Positions 34,438 to 44,563 are shown, numbered from the stretch's first letter. The stretch is 64,000 nucleotides of DNA from Candidatus Nomurabacteria bacterium (GCA_020631935.1 JACKGP010000003.1:13949-77948), one strand, 5' to 3'. Numbers and translations are program-made. The notes: a model not told the origin generated them from the letters alone.

Positions 34438-35055
34438 TTAGCGTGAGTAGTACTCAACGATTAGCTGTTCATTAATCTCTGGCTCTGCTTCGTCACGAGT
34501 TGGCAAGCCAGTTATTTCAATCTTCAGTTTCTTTACGTCACTCTTTAGCCAGCTCTTTGGCTCCTGTGTGGTATTACCGACGACTTCGTCGATAGCGCTA
34601 AAGTAGCCAGACTTGCGGCTCTTTTCGCGAACTACGATTACGTCACCACTCTTAACTCGAATTGATGGAATGTCCACACGGCGTCCGTTTAGCTCAAAAT
34701 GACCATGACTAACTAGTTGGCGTGCTGCACGGCGACTAGTGGCAAATCCTGCTCGGTAAACGGCATTGTCTAGGCGCTGCTCTAGAAGCTGCAGTAGGTT
34801 CTCACCAGTTAGACCGGGCCTGCGAGTAGCTTCTTTCATCAAGCGCGCAAACTGCTTTTCAAGCAAGCCGTAAAGACGACGTACTTTTTGCTTTTCGCGA
34901 AGCTGTGTCTGATAAAGACTTGGCTTGTTGCGGCGTCCATGGGCGTGTTCGCCTGGGATACCAGATTTCTTGACCATTATCTTGTGAGCTTTCGGGTGAA
35001 GTGCATAGCCTTCACGACGACTCTGCTTCACAATAGGACTACGATCTCGTGCCAT
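34438..35055 (-). CDS. rpsD: ribosomal protein uS4
   Basis: 205 aa. YQTQLREKQKVRRLYG and an S4 RNA-binding domain. Confidence 0.95.
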   Translation of the reverse strand: MARDRSPIVKQSRREGYALHPKAHKIMVKKSGIPGEHAHGRRNKPSLYQTQLREKQKVRRLYGLLEKQFARLMKEATRRPGLTGENLLQLLEQRLDNAVYRAGFATSRRAARQLVSHGHFELNGRRVDIPSIRVKSGDVIVVREKSRKSGYFSAIDEVVGNTTQEPKSWLKSDVKKLKIEITGLPTRDEAEPEINEQLIVEYYSR

Positions 35056-35058
35056 ATA

Positions 35059-35472
35059 CTAGACCCTCCGTACCTTTCGTGGACGGGTTCCGCCATGCGG
35101 TACTCCTGTAACGTCCTTAATACTGTCAACTTGCATATCAAATCCTGACACTGCGCGGATTGCTGAATCTCGGCCTAAGCCCACGCCTTTTACGAAAACA
35201 TCGACTGTCTTCATGCCGTGTAGAGTCTTTGCCATTTCAGCGGCTTTTTCAGCAGCTACCTGAGCTGCATATGCTGTACCTTTTTTGCTTCCACGAAAAC
35301 CGCAAGCGCCGGCGCTTGAAGCGCACAATACGGCACCTTTTTTGTCGGTAAAAGTAACAATCGTGTTATTGAAGCTAGCCTGAATGTGCATCTGTCCAGA
35401 GGGAACAGAGCGACGTTGTTTTTTACGACTAACGCTAGGCTTTTTAACTTCTGTAGTAGTTGGTTCTGCCAT
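35059..35472 (-). CDS. rpsK: ribosomal protein uS11
   Basis: 137 aa. HIQASFNNTIVTFTD...DVTGVPHGGTRPRKVRRV. Confidence 0.95.
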   Translation of the reverse strand: MAEPTTTEVKKPSVSRKKQRRSVPSGQMHIQASFNNTIVTFTDKKGAVLCASSAGACGFRGSKKGTAYAAQVAAEKAAEMAKTLHGMKTVDVFVKGVGLGRDSAIRAVSGFDMQVDSIKDVTGVPHGGTRPRKVRRV

Positions 35473-35490
35473 AATCTATCTGCTCCTTTC

Positions 35491-35877
35491 CTAGGTTTTA
35501 GTTGCTGCTTTAGGTTGTGCGCCACCGACGGCTACGGCGCGACCCTTGCGAGTTCGTGCATTCGTACGAGTCCGTTGACCTTTAGTCGGTAGTCCAGCCT
35601 TGTGGCGCATACCACGGTAGGCCTGAATGTCTTTTAGACGCTTGATATTATTTGTTACGAGACGTTGGAGATCACCTTCGGTCGTATAATCGCGATCGAT
35701 TATTTCCCGAAGTTTCTGTTCTTCAGCCTCGGTGAGATCTTTCACCCGAGTGGTCGGCTCAATTTTAGCCGCCGCAAGGATGTCTCGTGAGTGCTTTTTG
35801 CCAATACCGTAAATATAGGTAAGAGCGATATGCACTTGTTTTTCAGAAGGTATTACTACCCCAGAAATTCGAGCCAT
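35491..35877 (-). CDS. rpsM: ribosomal protein uS13
   Basis: 128 aa. [26 protein letters not shown]. Confidence 0.95.
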   Translation of the reverse strand: MARISGVVIPSEKQVHIALTYIYGIGKKHSRDILAAAKIEPTTRVKDLTEAEEQKLREIIDRDYTTEGDLQRLVTNNIKRLKDIQAYRGMRHKAGLPTKGQRTRTNARTRKGRAVAVGGAQPKAATKT

Positions 35878-35879
35878 GC

Positions 35880-35996
35880 TTAACCCTGCCTTTGCTTATT
35901 CTTAGGTTTTTTCTTATTGATGACGCGCAGGCGACCTTTTCGGCGCACTAGCTGGTCATCGGGACTGATTTTTTTCACGCTCGCACGAACTTTCAT
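35880..35996 (-). CDS. rpmJ: ribosomal protein bL36 (cysteine-less form)
   Basis: A 38-aa ORF below the ORF-track cutoff: [38 protein letters not shown]. It lies between infA and rpsM. Confidence 0.85.
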   Translation of the reverse strand: MKVRASVKKISPDDQLVRRKGRLRVINKKKPKNKQRQG

Positions 35997-36062
35997 GAGC
36001 TACTAAAAAATCCTTTCCTCGAGGGCCTATGCCTCGGTTAAATTAATATTTTACACCATACT

Positions 36063-36299
36063 TTACGTACGGCGTTCGTCTCGCATTCGGAAGCTAATAC
36101 GACCCTTCGTAAGGTCATACGGAGTCATCTCCACTTCGACGCGATCACCGGGCACAAGTCGGATATAGTGCTTTCGCATTTTTCCTGAAATGTGCGCGAT
36201 AATACTATGGCCATTTTCGAGCTCAACCTTGAATTGGGTATTAGGCAGTGCTTCCACTACCTTTCCGACCATCTTGATAACCTCTTTTTGACTAGCCAT
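36063..36299 (-). CDS. infA: translation initiation factor IF-1
   Basis: [31 protein letters not shown]... The start is set at MASQKE; the ORF track extends it to 36314. Confidence 0.95.
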   Translation of the reverse strand: MASQKEVIKMVGKVVEALPNTQFKVELENGHSIIAHISGKMRKHYIRLVPGDRVEVEMTPYDLTKGRISFRMRDERRT

Positions 36300-36355
36300 A
36301 AATACAGTAGTCAATTATACACCAGTTGACACAACCTGGCAAGAGGTCGGTGCGA

Positions 36356-37036
36356 TTATTTTGCTACAGCCCGCAGCATGATGCGTCGATCGAACTGTTG
36401 GTAGCGAGGAACCCATTTACCGTCACAGGTAATTAGACTTAATCCCTCTTTATCCTCTTCTGCTGATTTCATCATTTTTTGCATACCTGTCTTGTTGGCT
36501 TCCTCGAGAGACATGCTTTCGTTTTCGACTACAGTGTAGGTTATTTTTTTGCCGTCACCTCTCTCTACAATAATTTCATCACCTTTAGTCAGTTTGTTTA
36601 ATCCGCTAAACACTCCGTTTCGCGTAACACCGCCATTGTGGGCATCTATTAGGACCGCACCAGAGCCGCTGCCTGGAAGCGCACTGTCTTTATACCAGAC
36701 GGCGTCTGATATGTTAGCCGGAGCCCCTAGTTGACCGTTCTTCTCAACACCAGTGGGAAATATGCGAGTCTCCTCGACTCCTAGCTTTGGAATGCTTATG
36801 TAGCGTGGATTGCTTGCAGGGACCTTGTGTTCATCGACCTGCTTTTTTGTAACGGGTTTCTCGTCAACATTCGGATCCGCCTGCGCCTGGGCTATTGGTA
36901 CAGGAAGCTCATCGCCAAAGAAGTACCAGCGATACCCCAGCCAAGCACTGCTTGCTATGATTGCGATAGATATTATCCAAAAGCCAATTTCTCTAAGACT
37001 AAAGAATTTAGACTTATTTATGTTCAACCCACTCAT
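36356..37036 (-). CDS. sortase (class E/F-like) with N-terminal membrane anchor
   Basis: 226 aa with an AAAGGAG SD, a TM helix, His (VLIDAHNGG), the TC motif (LSLITCDG) and the conserved Arg (RRIMLRA). Confidence 0.7.
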   Translation of the reverse strand: MSGLNINKSKFFSLREIGFWIISIAIIASSAWLGYRWYFFGDELPVPIAQAQADPNVDEKPVTKKQVDEHKVPASNPRYISIPKLGVEETRIFPTGVEKNGQLGAPANISDAVWYKDSALPGSGSGAVLIDAHNGGVTRNGVFSGLNKLTKGDEIIVERGDGKKITYTVVENESMSLEEANKTGMQKMMKSAEEDKEGLSLITCDGKWVPRYQQFDRRIMLRAVAK

Positions 37037-37055
37037 CTATTTTCCCTACTCCTTT

Positions 37056-38471
37056 TTATTTATAGTCGTCGTATGTAACCATCAGCGCGCGCGAGTCAAT
37101 CTGACGTAGCGCTTCTAGGGCCACAGCAACCACAATCAGCACACCAGTTCCACCAATTGCTAACTGAGCATTTTGGTAGCCTGTTAGGTTAAATATTATA
37201 TACTCTGCGATAAAAGGCATCACGGCTATTATACCCAGTGTTGTCGAGCCGAAGAGAATTAGTCTGTTCATAGTTGTCTTTAGGTATTTTTCGGTTTGCT
37301 TGCCTGGTCTAACACCTTCAATGAATCCACCTTGCTTTTGTAGGTTTTCAGCAATTTCACTACTATTAAACACAATTCCGGTATAGAAGTATGTAAACGC
37401 TATAACCAGCACAAAGTAGGCGGCTGGATATATGAATGCCTGCCAGGTAGCGCCAGTAAACTCACCAGGGTTTGGAGTTTGGAACCACGTAATTAACGAA
37501 TCTGCTACGCCAGTAAAGTCTGGATTACCGGTAGCTTTCAGAACCTGGCCAATAAATGCCGGGAGACTTAAGAATGCAACCGCAAAAATAACCGGTATGA
37601 CGTTTGCTGCAATCAACTTCATAGGCAAAATGCTTTTTACGCCGCCATAGCTTGAGTTGCCGTGCACCCTTTTTGCGTAATTGATTGTTACTACGCGTTG
37701 AGCTTCGTTTATTTTCACTAGCAGGTATAGTATGGCCAGTGACGCCAGGCCAAGGACAAGGAATACCCAGAATGCGACAGGGTTAAGAGGCAGGGTAAAC
37801 CAGCCGAATACGCTCATAGCTCCAGCTGAAACATCTGTAATATTGGTAATGAAGAATTGAGCAAAGCTTGGTATCTGACTAATAATACCGGCAAAAATAA
37901 GTAGGCTTAGTCCGTTGCCTACACCCTGTTCTGTCATAATTTCACCCATCCACATGAGTAAGACCGCACCAACGGTCATCGCCGTAACCGCAACGATCCA
38001 TTCGGTCATACCGATCTCGAGCGAGCCCGTGACACCACCTGCCACCTGTGGTGACTGGATAAGTATGTATATAAATGCTATAGACTGAACAACAGCCAGG
38101 GGTACGCTCATTATTCGCGTCCATTGCTGAATTTTGCGACGACCACTCTCTCCGTCTTTGTGCATTTCCTCGAATTTCGGAATTGCTTTAGTCAAGAGCT
38201 GCGTGATGATGCTGGCGGTAATAAACGGACTCAACCCGACCAGTACTATAGATAGCTGAGCTAATGCACCACCAGACAAAAGATTCAAGAATCCGCCAAA
38301 GTCTGACGAGCTGATAACACTGTTTATCACCTCTTTTAGCTGAGTTGGCTCTGCCAAGGGTACGGGAATGTGCGCAAGAAAGCGATACACGACCACTAAT
38401 CCTAACACAACTAATAGGCGTCTTCGCATATCAGCGTTCTTAAATGATCGCGCAACAACTTTCCAGTTCAT
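37056..38471 (-). CDS. secY: preprotein translocase subunit SecY
   Basis: 471 aa, 10-TM pattern, with GLSPFITASIITQLL and a GGTGVLIVVAVALE C-terminal region. Confidence 0.95.
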   Translation of the reverse strand: MNWKVVARSFKNADMRRRLLVVLGLVVVYRFLAHIPVPLAEPTQLKEVINSVISSSDFGGFLNLLSGGALAQLSIVLVGLSPFITASIITQLLTKAIPKFEEMHKDGESGRRKIQQWTRIMSVPLAVVQSIAFIYILIQSPQVAGGVTGSLEIGMTEWIVAVTAMTVGAVLLMWMGEIMTEQGVGNGLSLLIFAGIISQIPSFAQFFITNITDVSAGAMSVFGWFTLPLNPVAFWVFLVLGLASLAILYLLVKINEAQRVVTINYAKRVHGNSSYGGVKSILPMKLIAANVIPVIFAVAFLSLPAFIGQVLKATGNPDFTGVADSLITWFQTPNPGEFTGATWQAFIYPAAYFVLVIAFTYFYTGIVFNSSEIAENLQKQGGFIEGVRPGKQTEKYLKTTMNRLILFGSTTLGIIAVMPFIAEYIIFNLTGYQNAQLAIGGTGVLIVVAVALEALRQIDSRALMVTYDDYK

Positions 38472-38569
38472 TCAAATCCCTCACTTTTGGTATGAATCTC
38501 ATCTAAATGAGATTCAAGTCTTCTTTCGAATATCTTTATTATACTATGAGATGCATAGTGGCGAAACCA

Positions 38570-39049
38570 CTATTTGTCGTTTTCTTCAGCTTTTTTAGTA
38601 GGCTGCTGTAGGGGCGTAGGTACTTTTTCAAATGTACCGCCAGCTTTTTTGATCGCATCCTGCACAGATTTGCTAGCAGCCTGAACTTTTAGGTTTACGG
38701 CCTTATTCAATTCGCCACGCGAAATTACCTTTACTGAGTGAAACGGCGTAGCAATTAACCCCGCTTCAAATAGAGTCATATTATCGGCAGTTTTACCCTT
38801 TAAATCAGCAAGACGGTCTAGGTAAACCACCTGAGCTGGAGTCCGCAGGCTCTTAAATCCTCGGTTTTTGGGCACGGCCTGCACTAGCTGGCGCTGACCA
38901 CCTTGGAATATGGCAAGTAGCTTCTTTCCGGTACGAGCACCCTGACCTTTTGTACCACGACCAGCAGTTTTACCACGACCAGCTGCGATCCCGCGACCAA
39001 CACGACGCTTGTTCTTGTTTGCAGATACCTGGAGTTCATTGTATTTCAT
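38570..39049 (-). CDS. rplO: ribosomal protein uL15
   Basis: 159 aa. RVGRGIAAGRGKTAGRGTKGQ. Confidence 0.95.
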   Translation of the reverse strand: MKYNELQVSANKNKRRVGRGIAAGRGKTAGRGTKGQGARTGKKLLAIFQGGQRQLVQAVPKNRGFKSLRTPAQVVYLDRLADLKGKTADNMTLFEAGLIATPFHSVKVISRGELNKAVNLKVQAASKSVQDAIKKAGGTFEKVPTPLQQPTKKAEENDK

Positions 39050-39657
39050 TACTTAACCTCCTTCTTGGTAGTGCTCTTAGCTGATTTTTTTTCAGCTGCT
39101 AGCCACTGGTCGCGTGGAACGATGCTACGCAAAGCCTCTATAGTGGCGTAGGCTATATTTACCTTGTTTGTTGAACCTAAGCTTTTTGAAAGTAGGTTGT
39201 TTATACCAGTTACGCCTATAACCTGACGAACCACACCACCGGCAATAACACCAGTACCTGGCGCAGCAGGCTTGATAAGTACACGAGCGCCGCTTACTTT
39301 TACTTCAGCGTCGTGAGGTATGGTCGCGTTCACTACCGGGATGGTGATTAGGTTCTTCTTTGCTACATCTGTAGCCTTCGAAACTGCCGTCTGTACGTCT
39401 GCGCCTTTAGACACGCCGACACCGACTCGATTTTTACGGTCTCCCACAACAACTAGTGCCTTGAACCGGAAGCGTCGACCGCCCTTTACGACACGAGCAA
39501 CACGGTCGATATTGATAACAACTTCTTCAAATTCTTTTGGCGCATCATCGCGCGCATTTCGTCGATCATCACGACGACCACCACGCGGACTTCGGCCACG
39601 ACTCTGCGGGGCTTCTGCGCGAGGGGTAGTAGCAGCTGTTTTCTTCTCTTCAGCCAT
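39049..39657 (-). CDS. rpsE: ribosomal protein uS5 (Arg-rich N-terminal extension)
   Basis: Start set at MAEEKK (GGAG SD, just after the rplR stop). Core INIDRVARVVKGGRRFRF. Confidence 0.9.
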   Translation of the reverse strand: MAEEKKTAATTPRAEAPQSRGRSPRGGRRDDRRNARDDAPKEFEEVVINIDRVARVVKGGRRFRFKALVVVGDRKNRVGVGVSKGADVQTAVSKATDVAKKNLITIPVVNATIPHDAEVKVSGARVLIKPAAPGTGVIAGGVVRQVIGVTGINNLLSKSLGSTNKVNIAYATIEALRSIVPRDQWLAAEKKSAKSTTKKEVK

Positions 39658-39658
39658 A

Positions 39659-40015
39659 CTAGAACTCCAATCCTTCTTTACGTGCAGCGTCTGCAAGCGC
39701 TTTTAGTCGACCAGCGTATTGGCGACCATTGCGATCAAAGACAACTGTGGTTATTTTCTTCTTCTTAGCGTTTTTTGCAATTTCAGCACCTATCTTGGCG
39801 CATTTCTCTGTCATTGTGCCAGTTGCTTTTGCACCGACAGTAGTTGCAGCGGCCAATGTATTTCCGGCCACATCGTCAATCAATTGAGCCGACACGTGCA
39901 TATTACTGATGGTAACGCTCAATCGTGGACGTTCAGTGGTGCCGCTAACCTTTGCGCGTACCCTGTTCTTGCGAAGGCTTCGATTAAGTAGTTTTTTAGC
40001 TAGTGCATTTCCCAT
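39659..40015 (-). CDS. rplR: ribosomal protein uL18
   Basis: 118 aa. RVRAKVSGTTERPRLSV...FDRNGRQYAGRLKALADAARKEGLEF. Confidence 0.95.
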   Translation of the reverse strand: MGNALAKKLLNRSLRKNRVRAKVSGTTERPRLSVTISNMHVSAQLIDDVAGNTLAAATTVGAKATGTMTEKCAKIGAEIAKNAKKKKITTVVFDRNGRQYAGRLKALADAARKEGLEF

Positions 40016-40017
40016 GA

Positions 40018-40551
40018 TTACTTACCTGTCTTTCCGCTCTTACGCAAAATTTGCTCATCAGCATACTTAATACCCTTGCCCTTGTAGGGTTCAGGCTTTC
40101 GAAGCTTACGAATATCAGCTGCGACCTGACCGACAGCCTGCTTATCTATACCACTAACGGTAATCTCCATCTTGTTGGTTGAGATTTGAATGCCCTGTGG
40201 CGCCTTGTAGAGTACAGGGTGAGAGTAGCCTAAGCTCATCTCTAGGTCTGTTCCCTTCATAGCTACGCGGAATCCAACACCGTTCACCTCTAGCTTCTTT
40301 TCGAAGCCTTTAGTTACGCCTTCGACGGCGTTATTTATTAGTGAGCGCTGTAGGCCGTGTTGGCTTTTGGCAATTTTTTCATCGTCTTTTCTAGTGACAC
40401 TGATTTTTCCATCTTCTGACTTTACAGTTACGTCGCTCAGGTGTGGCACGGTCAGTTCGCCCTTGGCTCCCTTTACCGTGATAACATCTGAATCGACCGT
40501 GATTGTCACGCCTGATGGTATGTCAATTGGTAGTTTTCCGATTCGACTCAT
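40018..40551 (-). CDS. rplF: ribosomal protein uL6
   Basis: 177 aa. MSRIGKLPIDIPSGVTI... Confidence 0.95.
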   Translation of the reverse strand: MSRIGKLPIDIPSGVTITVDSDVITVKGAKGELTVPHLSDVTVKSEDGKISVTRKDDEKIAKSQHGLQRSLINNAVEGVTKGFEKKLEVNGVGFRVAMKGTDLEMSLGYSHPVLYKAPQGIQISTNKMEITVSGIDKQAVGQVAADIRKLRKPEPYKGKGIKYADEQILRKSGKTGK

Positions 40552-40571
40552 ATCTTATCCTTTCTCTAATA

Positions 40572-40973
40572 CTAATAAACTTTTAGTAGCAGTTCGCCAC
40601 CAAGTTTGTTCTTTACAGCTTCGGCTCCAGTCATAACGCCCTTGCTAGTTGAAACTAGCACAATACCGCGACCAGATTTCACCTTTGGAATATCAGCCGC
40701 AGCCGCGTACATACGTCGACCTGGCTTACTCATACGAGTAAGTTCGGTAAACGTTACGTTTTCACCATCATTATTGATAGTAACGACCAAAATGCCGCGA
40801 GGTTTCCCAGCCTCTTCTTTAACATCAGCTAGGTAGCCATTCTTCTTTAGTTGCTCAGCAACGACTTTCTTTAGCTTGCTAGTTGGAACAGTAATTTCTG
40901 TCTTGCCAACGGCTGCTGCATTCCTGATTCGGGTTAGGAGATCAGCTATCGGGTCTGTAGATTGTAAACTCAT
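40572..40973 (-). CDS. rpsH: ribosomal protein uS8
   Basis: 133 aa. DPIADLLTRIRNA... Confidence 0.95.
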   Translation of the reverse strand: MSLQSTDPIADLLTRIRNAAAVGKTEITVPTSKLKKVVAEQLKKNGYLADVKEEAGKPRGILVVTINNDGENVTFTELTRMSKPGRRMYAAAADIPKVKSGRGIVLVSTSKGVMTGAEAVKNKLGGELLLKVY

Positions 40974-40991
40974 ATTCTTTTCTCCTTTCCT

Positions 40992-41261
40992 TTACCAACT
41001 ACTCTTCTTTACGCCTGGGATCTTGCCTTCTGAGGCAAGCTTACGGAAGTTAATACGATTCAGGCCAAATTTACGCATATATCCGTGCGGACGACCACTT
41101 AGGACATCGCGGTTTTTCCAGCGAGTTGGGCTAGAGTTTCGTGGAAGCTTCTGTAAGCCTTCTTGGTCACCCATTTCCTTCAACTCGGCGCGCTTTTCAG
41201 CATATTTCTTTATCATCTTTTTGCGCTTTTCGTCGCGGGCTATCATAGATTTCTTTGCCAT
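40992..41261 (-). CDS. rpsN: ribosomal protein uS14 (long, cysteine-less form)
   Basis: 89 aa. [15 protein letters not shown]... ending KKSSW, with no CxxC motifs. Confidence 0.9.
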   Translation of the reverse strand: MAKKSMIARDEKRKKMIKKYAEKRAELKEMGDQEGLQKLPRNSSPTRWKNRDVLSGRPHGYMRKFGLNRINFRKLASEGKIPGVKKSSW

Positions 41262-41857
41262 TACTTAGCTCCTCCCTGTTTTTCAAACGGAATACCAAAC
41301 TTTTCTAGTAATGCACGGCTAGACTCTTTGCTGCCGTTGCTTACTACGAAAGTAACCTGAAGGCCGTGAATTGTTTGAGTTTCCTCAAATGTTAATTCTG
41401 GAAAAATAGACTGCTCGACAATACCGAGTGAATAGTTTCCTGATCGGTCAAAAGCCTTTGCTTTTACACCGTGAAAGTCGCGAACTCGAGGCAAAGCGAC
41501 GTTTACTAGCCTATCCAGGAACTCGTACATACGAGCACCGCGCAATGTAACAGTATGGCCAACAGGCTGACCCATATTTGCACGGATCTTGAAGCCTGCA
41601 ATTGACTTCTTTGGCAAAACTGAAATAGGTGCTTGACCTGTAATCTTTGTTAGAGTGTTCTTTACGGCACTCTGGAACTGCTTGTTGTCTTTAGCTTTTC
41701 CTGTCCCCGCTGAAACCGTAATCTTTTCTAAGCCTGGAACTTCATGTATGTTCTCAAGTTTCAATTCGGCCTGTAGTTCCTTGCGGTATGTATCTTGGTA
41801 CAAGGCTTTCAAGCGAGGAGCTGGAGCTTTGGTGTTTTTGGTAGATTTCTCTGCCAT
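41261..41857 (-). CDS. rplE: ribosomal protein uL5
   Basis: 198 aa. ...[12 protein letters not shown]...GNYSLGI. Confidence 0.95.
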   Translation of the reverse strand: MAEKSTKNTKAPAPRLKALYQDTYRKELQAELKLENIHEVPGLEKITVSAGTGKAKDNKQFQSAVKNTLTKITGQAPISVLPKKSIAGFKIRANMGQPVGHTVTLRGARMYEFLDRLVNVALPRVRDFHGVKAKAFDRSGNYSLGIVEQSIFPELTFEETQTIHGLQVTFVVSNGSKESSRALLEKFGIPFEKQGGAK

Positions 41858-42177
41858 TACTTAATCTCCTTATCCTTTAATGCACGTGCTGTGCGTACTT
41901 TTTTACCAGCTGCATTCTTAGACAGACCAACTCGGCTTGTTTTGCCAGTTTTTTCGTCTACCACTAGTGCAACTTTACTAATGTCCATTGGAACATGAAT
42001 GTCACGCTTGCCACCTTGTGGATTAAGCTGACTTGGGCGCACATGTCGCACACCAACGCCAACGCCCTCTATAAAAACGGTGTTCTTTTTGGTGTCAACA
42101 GACAGCACTTTTCCAGTAGTTCCCTTTTTACTGCCTGTGATTATCTTTACTACGTCACCAGATCGAATTCGAGCCAT
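41857..42177 (-). CDS. rplX: ribosomal protein uL24
   Basis: 106 aa with a KOW motif (GDVVKIITGSKKGTTGKV). Confidence 0.95.
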   Translation of the reverse strand: MARIRSGDVVKIITGSKKGTTGKVLSVDTKKNTVFIEGVGVGVRHVRPSQLNPQGGKRDIHVPMDISKVALVVDEKTGKTSRVGLSKNAAGKKVRTARALKDKEIK

Positions 42178-42178
42178 A

Positions 42179-42547
42179 TTATAGTACCTCCGGCGCTAAG
42201 CTAATAATCTTTGAGTAGCCCATGTCTCGAAGTTCGCGTGGAACTGGGCCGAATACACGAGTCGCACGTGGCTGCTTATCGTCGCCGATGATAACAGCTG
42301 CGTTATCATCAAATGCGATTGTTGAGCCGTCTTTTCGCTGGATTTGATCGCGAGTTCTGACGACTACAGCCTTCACAACAGACTTTTTCTTTACGTTACC
42401 AGTCGGGCTGGCATCTTTAACCGTCGCAACAATGATATCGCCAACTCGGGCGTATCGACGACCGCTACCGCCAAGTACTCGGATACATAGAATTTCTTTC
42501 GCACCGCTGTTGTCGGTAACTTTTAGGCGGCTTTCTTGCTGAATCAT
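42179..42547 (-). CDS. rplN: ribosomal protein uL14
   Basis: 122 aa. [18 protein letters not shown]... Confidence 0.95.
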   Translation of the reverse strand: MIQQESRLKVTDNSGAKEILCIRVLGGSGRRYARVGDIIVATVKDASPTGNVKKKSVVKAVVVRTRDQIQRKDGSTIAFDDNAAVIIGDDKQPRATRVFGPVPRELRDMGYSKIISLAPEVL

Positions 42548-42886
42548 TTAAGCCTCCTTCTGTTCTTTCTTGCTAGACTTTGGAGCCTCAGGCGCTGCCT
42601 TCTTCTCAACCAGCTCTTCTTCGTCCTTTAGCTCAACACGACCCTTAGACTTGGCGTCAATACTCTTTAGCTTGAATGCTTTTGTCTTTGAAAACGGTCG
42701 ACACGCTTCAGCAGTAACTCGGTCGCCTACGTGTGCTTCGTTCTTCTCGTCGTGCACTTGATATGAGCGATTTACTGTGTACTGCTTTTTATAAAGCGGG
42801 TGTGTTTCGCGACTCGTCACGACGACCGTGATAGTTTTGTCGCGTGAGTCTGAAGTCACCACGCCACTTAGTTGCTTCTGTGACAT
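42548..42886 (-). CDS. rpsQ: ribosomal protein uS17 (C-terminal extension)
   Basis: 112 aa. GVVTSDSRDKTITVVV...YKKQY... core plus a Lys/Glu-rich tail. Confidence 0.9.
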   Translation of the reverse strand: MSQKQLSGVVTSDSRDKTITVVVTSRETHPLYKKQYTVNRSYQVHDEKNEAHVGDRVTAEACRPFSKTKAFKLKSIDAKSKGRVELKDEEELVEKKAAPEAPKSSKKEQKEA

Positions 42887-42887
42887 A

Positions 42888-43097
42888 CTACTTCTCCTCT
42901 CCCTTGTTCATATTTTGCTTGGTTAGCTCTCTCGCTATATCTTTGCGATAGCTTTTTAGTACTCGTGGATTAACTAATTCACCAGCAGCGTGTGACTTGC
43001 GTGCCAACTGTAGGTCCGTGCGCAATTCGTCAAGGCTCTTTGCTTTTGCATCAGCCTTCTTAGCTGTCGCCTTCTTGGTAGTCTTTTTCTCTGCCAT
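42888..43097 (-). CDS. rpmC: ribosomal protein uL29
   Basis: 69 aa at the conserved position between rplP and rpsQ. L29-like helical sequence. Confidence 0.85.
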   Translation of the reverse strand: MAEKKTTKKATAKKADAKAKSLDELRTDLQLARKSHAAGELVNPRVLKSYRKDIARELTKQNMNKGEEK

Positions 43098-43098
43098 A

Positions 43099-43512
43099 TT
43101 ACGCTCCGTGCCTCTTTATAAACTTAGTCTTGACCGGCAGTTTGTGGCTAGCTAGGCGCATTGCTTCGCGCGCTACAGACTCTTCTACGCCCTTCATCTC
43201 GAACATGACTGTTCCAGCCTTTACTTTCGCTACAAAGAATTCAGGTGCGCCCTTGCCGCCGCCCATCTTTAGACCTAGTGGTTTGCGAGTAACAGGAGTA
43301 TGTGGGAAGATGCGAATCCAGATTTTACCACCACGCTTGATGTGACGAGTCATTGCCTGACGAGCCGCTTCAATCTGGCGACTAGTAATACGTTCGTTTG
43401 ACTGCGACTGAAGACCGTAGTCCCCGAAAGCAACATAGTTGCCGCGAGTAGCTACGCCATCATTCTTACCAATTCGAACGCGTCGAAACTTCGTTTTCTT
43501 TGGTAATAACAT
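43099..43512 (-). CDS. rplP: ribosomal protein uL16
   Basis: 137 aa. [11 protein letters not shown]...[10 protein letters not shown]. Confidence 0.95.
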   Translation of the reverse strand: MLLPKKTKFRRVRIGKNDGVATRGNYVAFGDYGLQSQSNERITSRQIEAARQAMTRHIKRGGKIWIRIFPHTPVTRKPLGLKMGGGKGAPEFFVAKVKAGTVMFEMKGVEESVAREAMRLASHKLPVKTKFIKRHGA

Positions 43513-44153
43513 TACGAGTCTCTCCTTTCGCCCTTGTAAATCCAGACTTTAACACCTGTAATACCACCGCCGTTTGGCATCTGCGCTCGAGCTACATGGA
43601 AGTCCACATCTGCACGCAACGTGTGAAGAGGAACCGAGCCTTCAATAAGCTTCTCGCGACGAGCCATTTCAGCATTGTTTAGACGTCCAGCAACCTCGAT
43701 ACGAATACCTTTGGCACCAGCGTTCATAGTGTTCTGAGCTGACATTTTAGTAGCACGACGGAAGTTTATACGGCGCTCTAGCTGGTGAGCTATATTTTCA
43801 GCAACAAGCTTGGCTGATAGCTCTGGACGCTTAACTTCTTCGATGTTGATACGAACTGGACTGCTAACAATCTTTTCAATGATAGACTTCAATTCGTTTA
43901 CACCAGCACCACCACGACCAATTACTACACCAGCTTTCGCTGTATGGATAGTTACAGTCACCATGTTGGCGCTACGTTCGATTTCAATACGCGCAATGGT
44001 TGGTCGAGACTCGAATCTCTTTTCAATTATTTCGCGAATTTTGATGTCTTCCGCTAGCCACTTGGCAAAGTCACCTTTACCGGCGAACCAGCGCGAATCC
44101 CAGTTCTTGTGAACTTGCAAGCGGAAGCTTAGTGGGTTTACTTTTTGGCCCAT
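43512..44153 (-). CDS. rpsC: ribosomal protein uS3
   Basis: 213 aa. [12 protein letters not shown]... and a KH domain. Confidence 0.95.
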   Translation of the reverse strand: MGQKVNPLSFRLQVHKNWDSRWFAGKGDFAKWLAEDIKIREIIEKRFESRPTIARIEIERSANMVTVTIHTAKAGVVIGRGGAGVNELKSIIEKIVSSPVRINIEEVKRPELSAKLVAENIAHQLERRINFRRATKMSAQNTMNAGAKGIRIEVAGRLNNAEMARREKLIEGSVPLHTLRADVDFHVARAQMPNGGGITGVKVWIYKGERRDS

Positions 44154-44563
44154 TACTTTGCCTCCTCTTTCTTTGCTGTAGCTGGCTTTTTAGCTGCAGC
44201 TGGTTTCTTCTTTGGCTTTTCGCTACCAGTTACGACCACTAGGATGTTGCTAGTTTTCTTCTGGAATGGAAGAGCCATGCCGCGCATGTGTGGCTTGAAA
44301 CGCTTTAGGCGCTTGCCAGCAGTTACGCTTAGGGTTGTAATTTTCAAACTTTTAGCGTCCAGGCCGTGGTTATTTACGGCGCTCGCCTGTGCGCTAGCGA
44401 TTGCTTTCTTGATAGGTAGCGCTGAACGGCGTGGAACATGGTCTAGGATTACTAGAGCATCCGCTACTGTGCGGTTGCGCACCAAGCTAGCTACGATACT
44501 AACTTTTCGTGGCGCAAGGTCTAGACCTTTCGTGTAGCTTCTAACAGTAAAGAGTTCAGCCAT
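44153..44563 (-). CDS. rplV: ribosomal protein uL22 (Lys/Ala-rich C-terminal tail)
   Basis: 136 aa at the conserved operon position. L22-like core. Confidence 0.9.
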   Translation of the reverse strand: MAELFTVRSYTKGLDLAPRKVSIVASLVRNRTVADALVILDHVPRRSALPIKKAIASAQASAVNNHGLDAKSLKITTLSVTAGKRLKRFKPHMRGMALPFQKKTSNILVVVTGSEKPKKKPAAAKKPATAKKEEAK

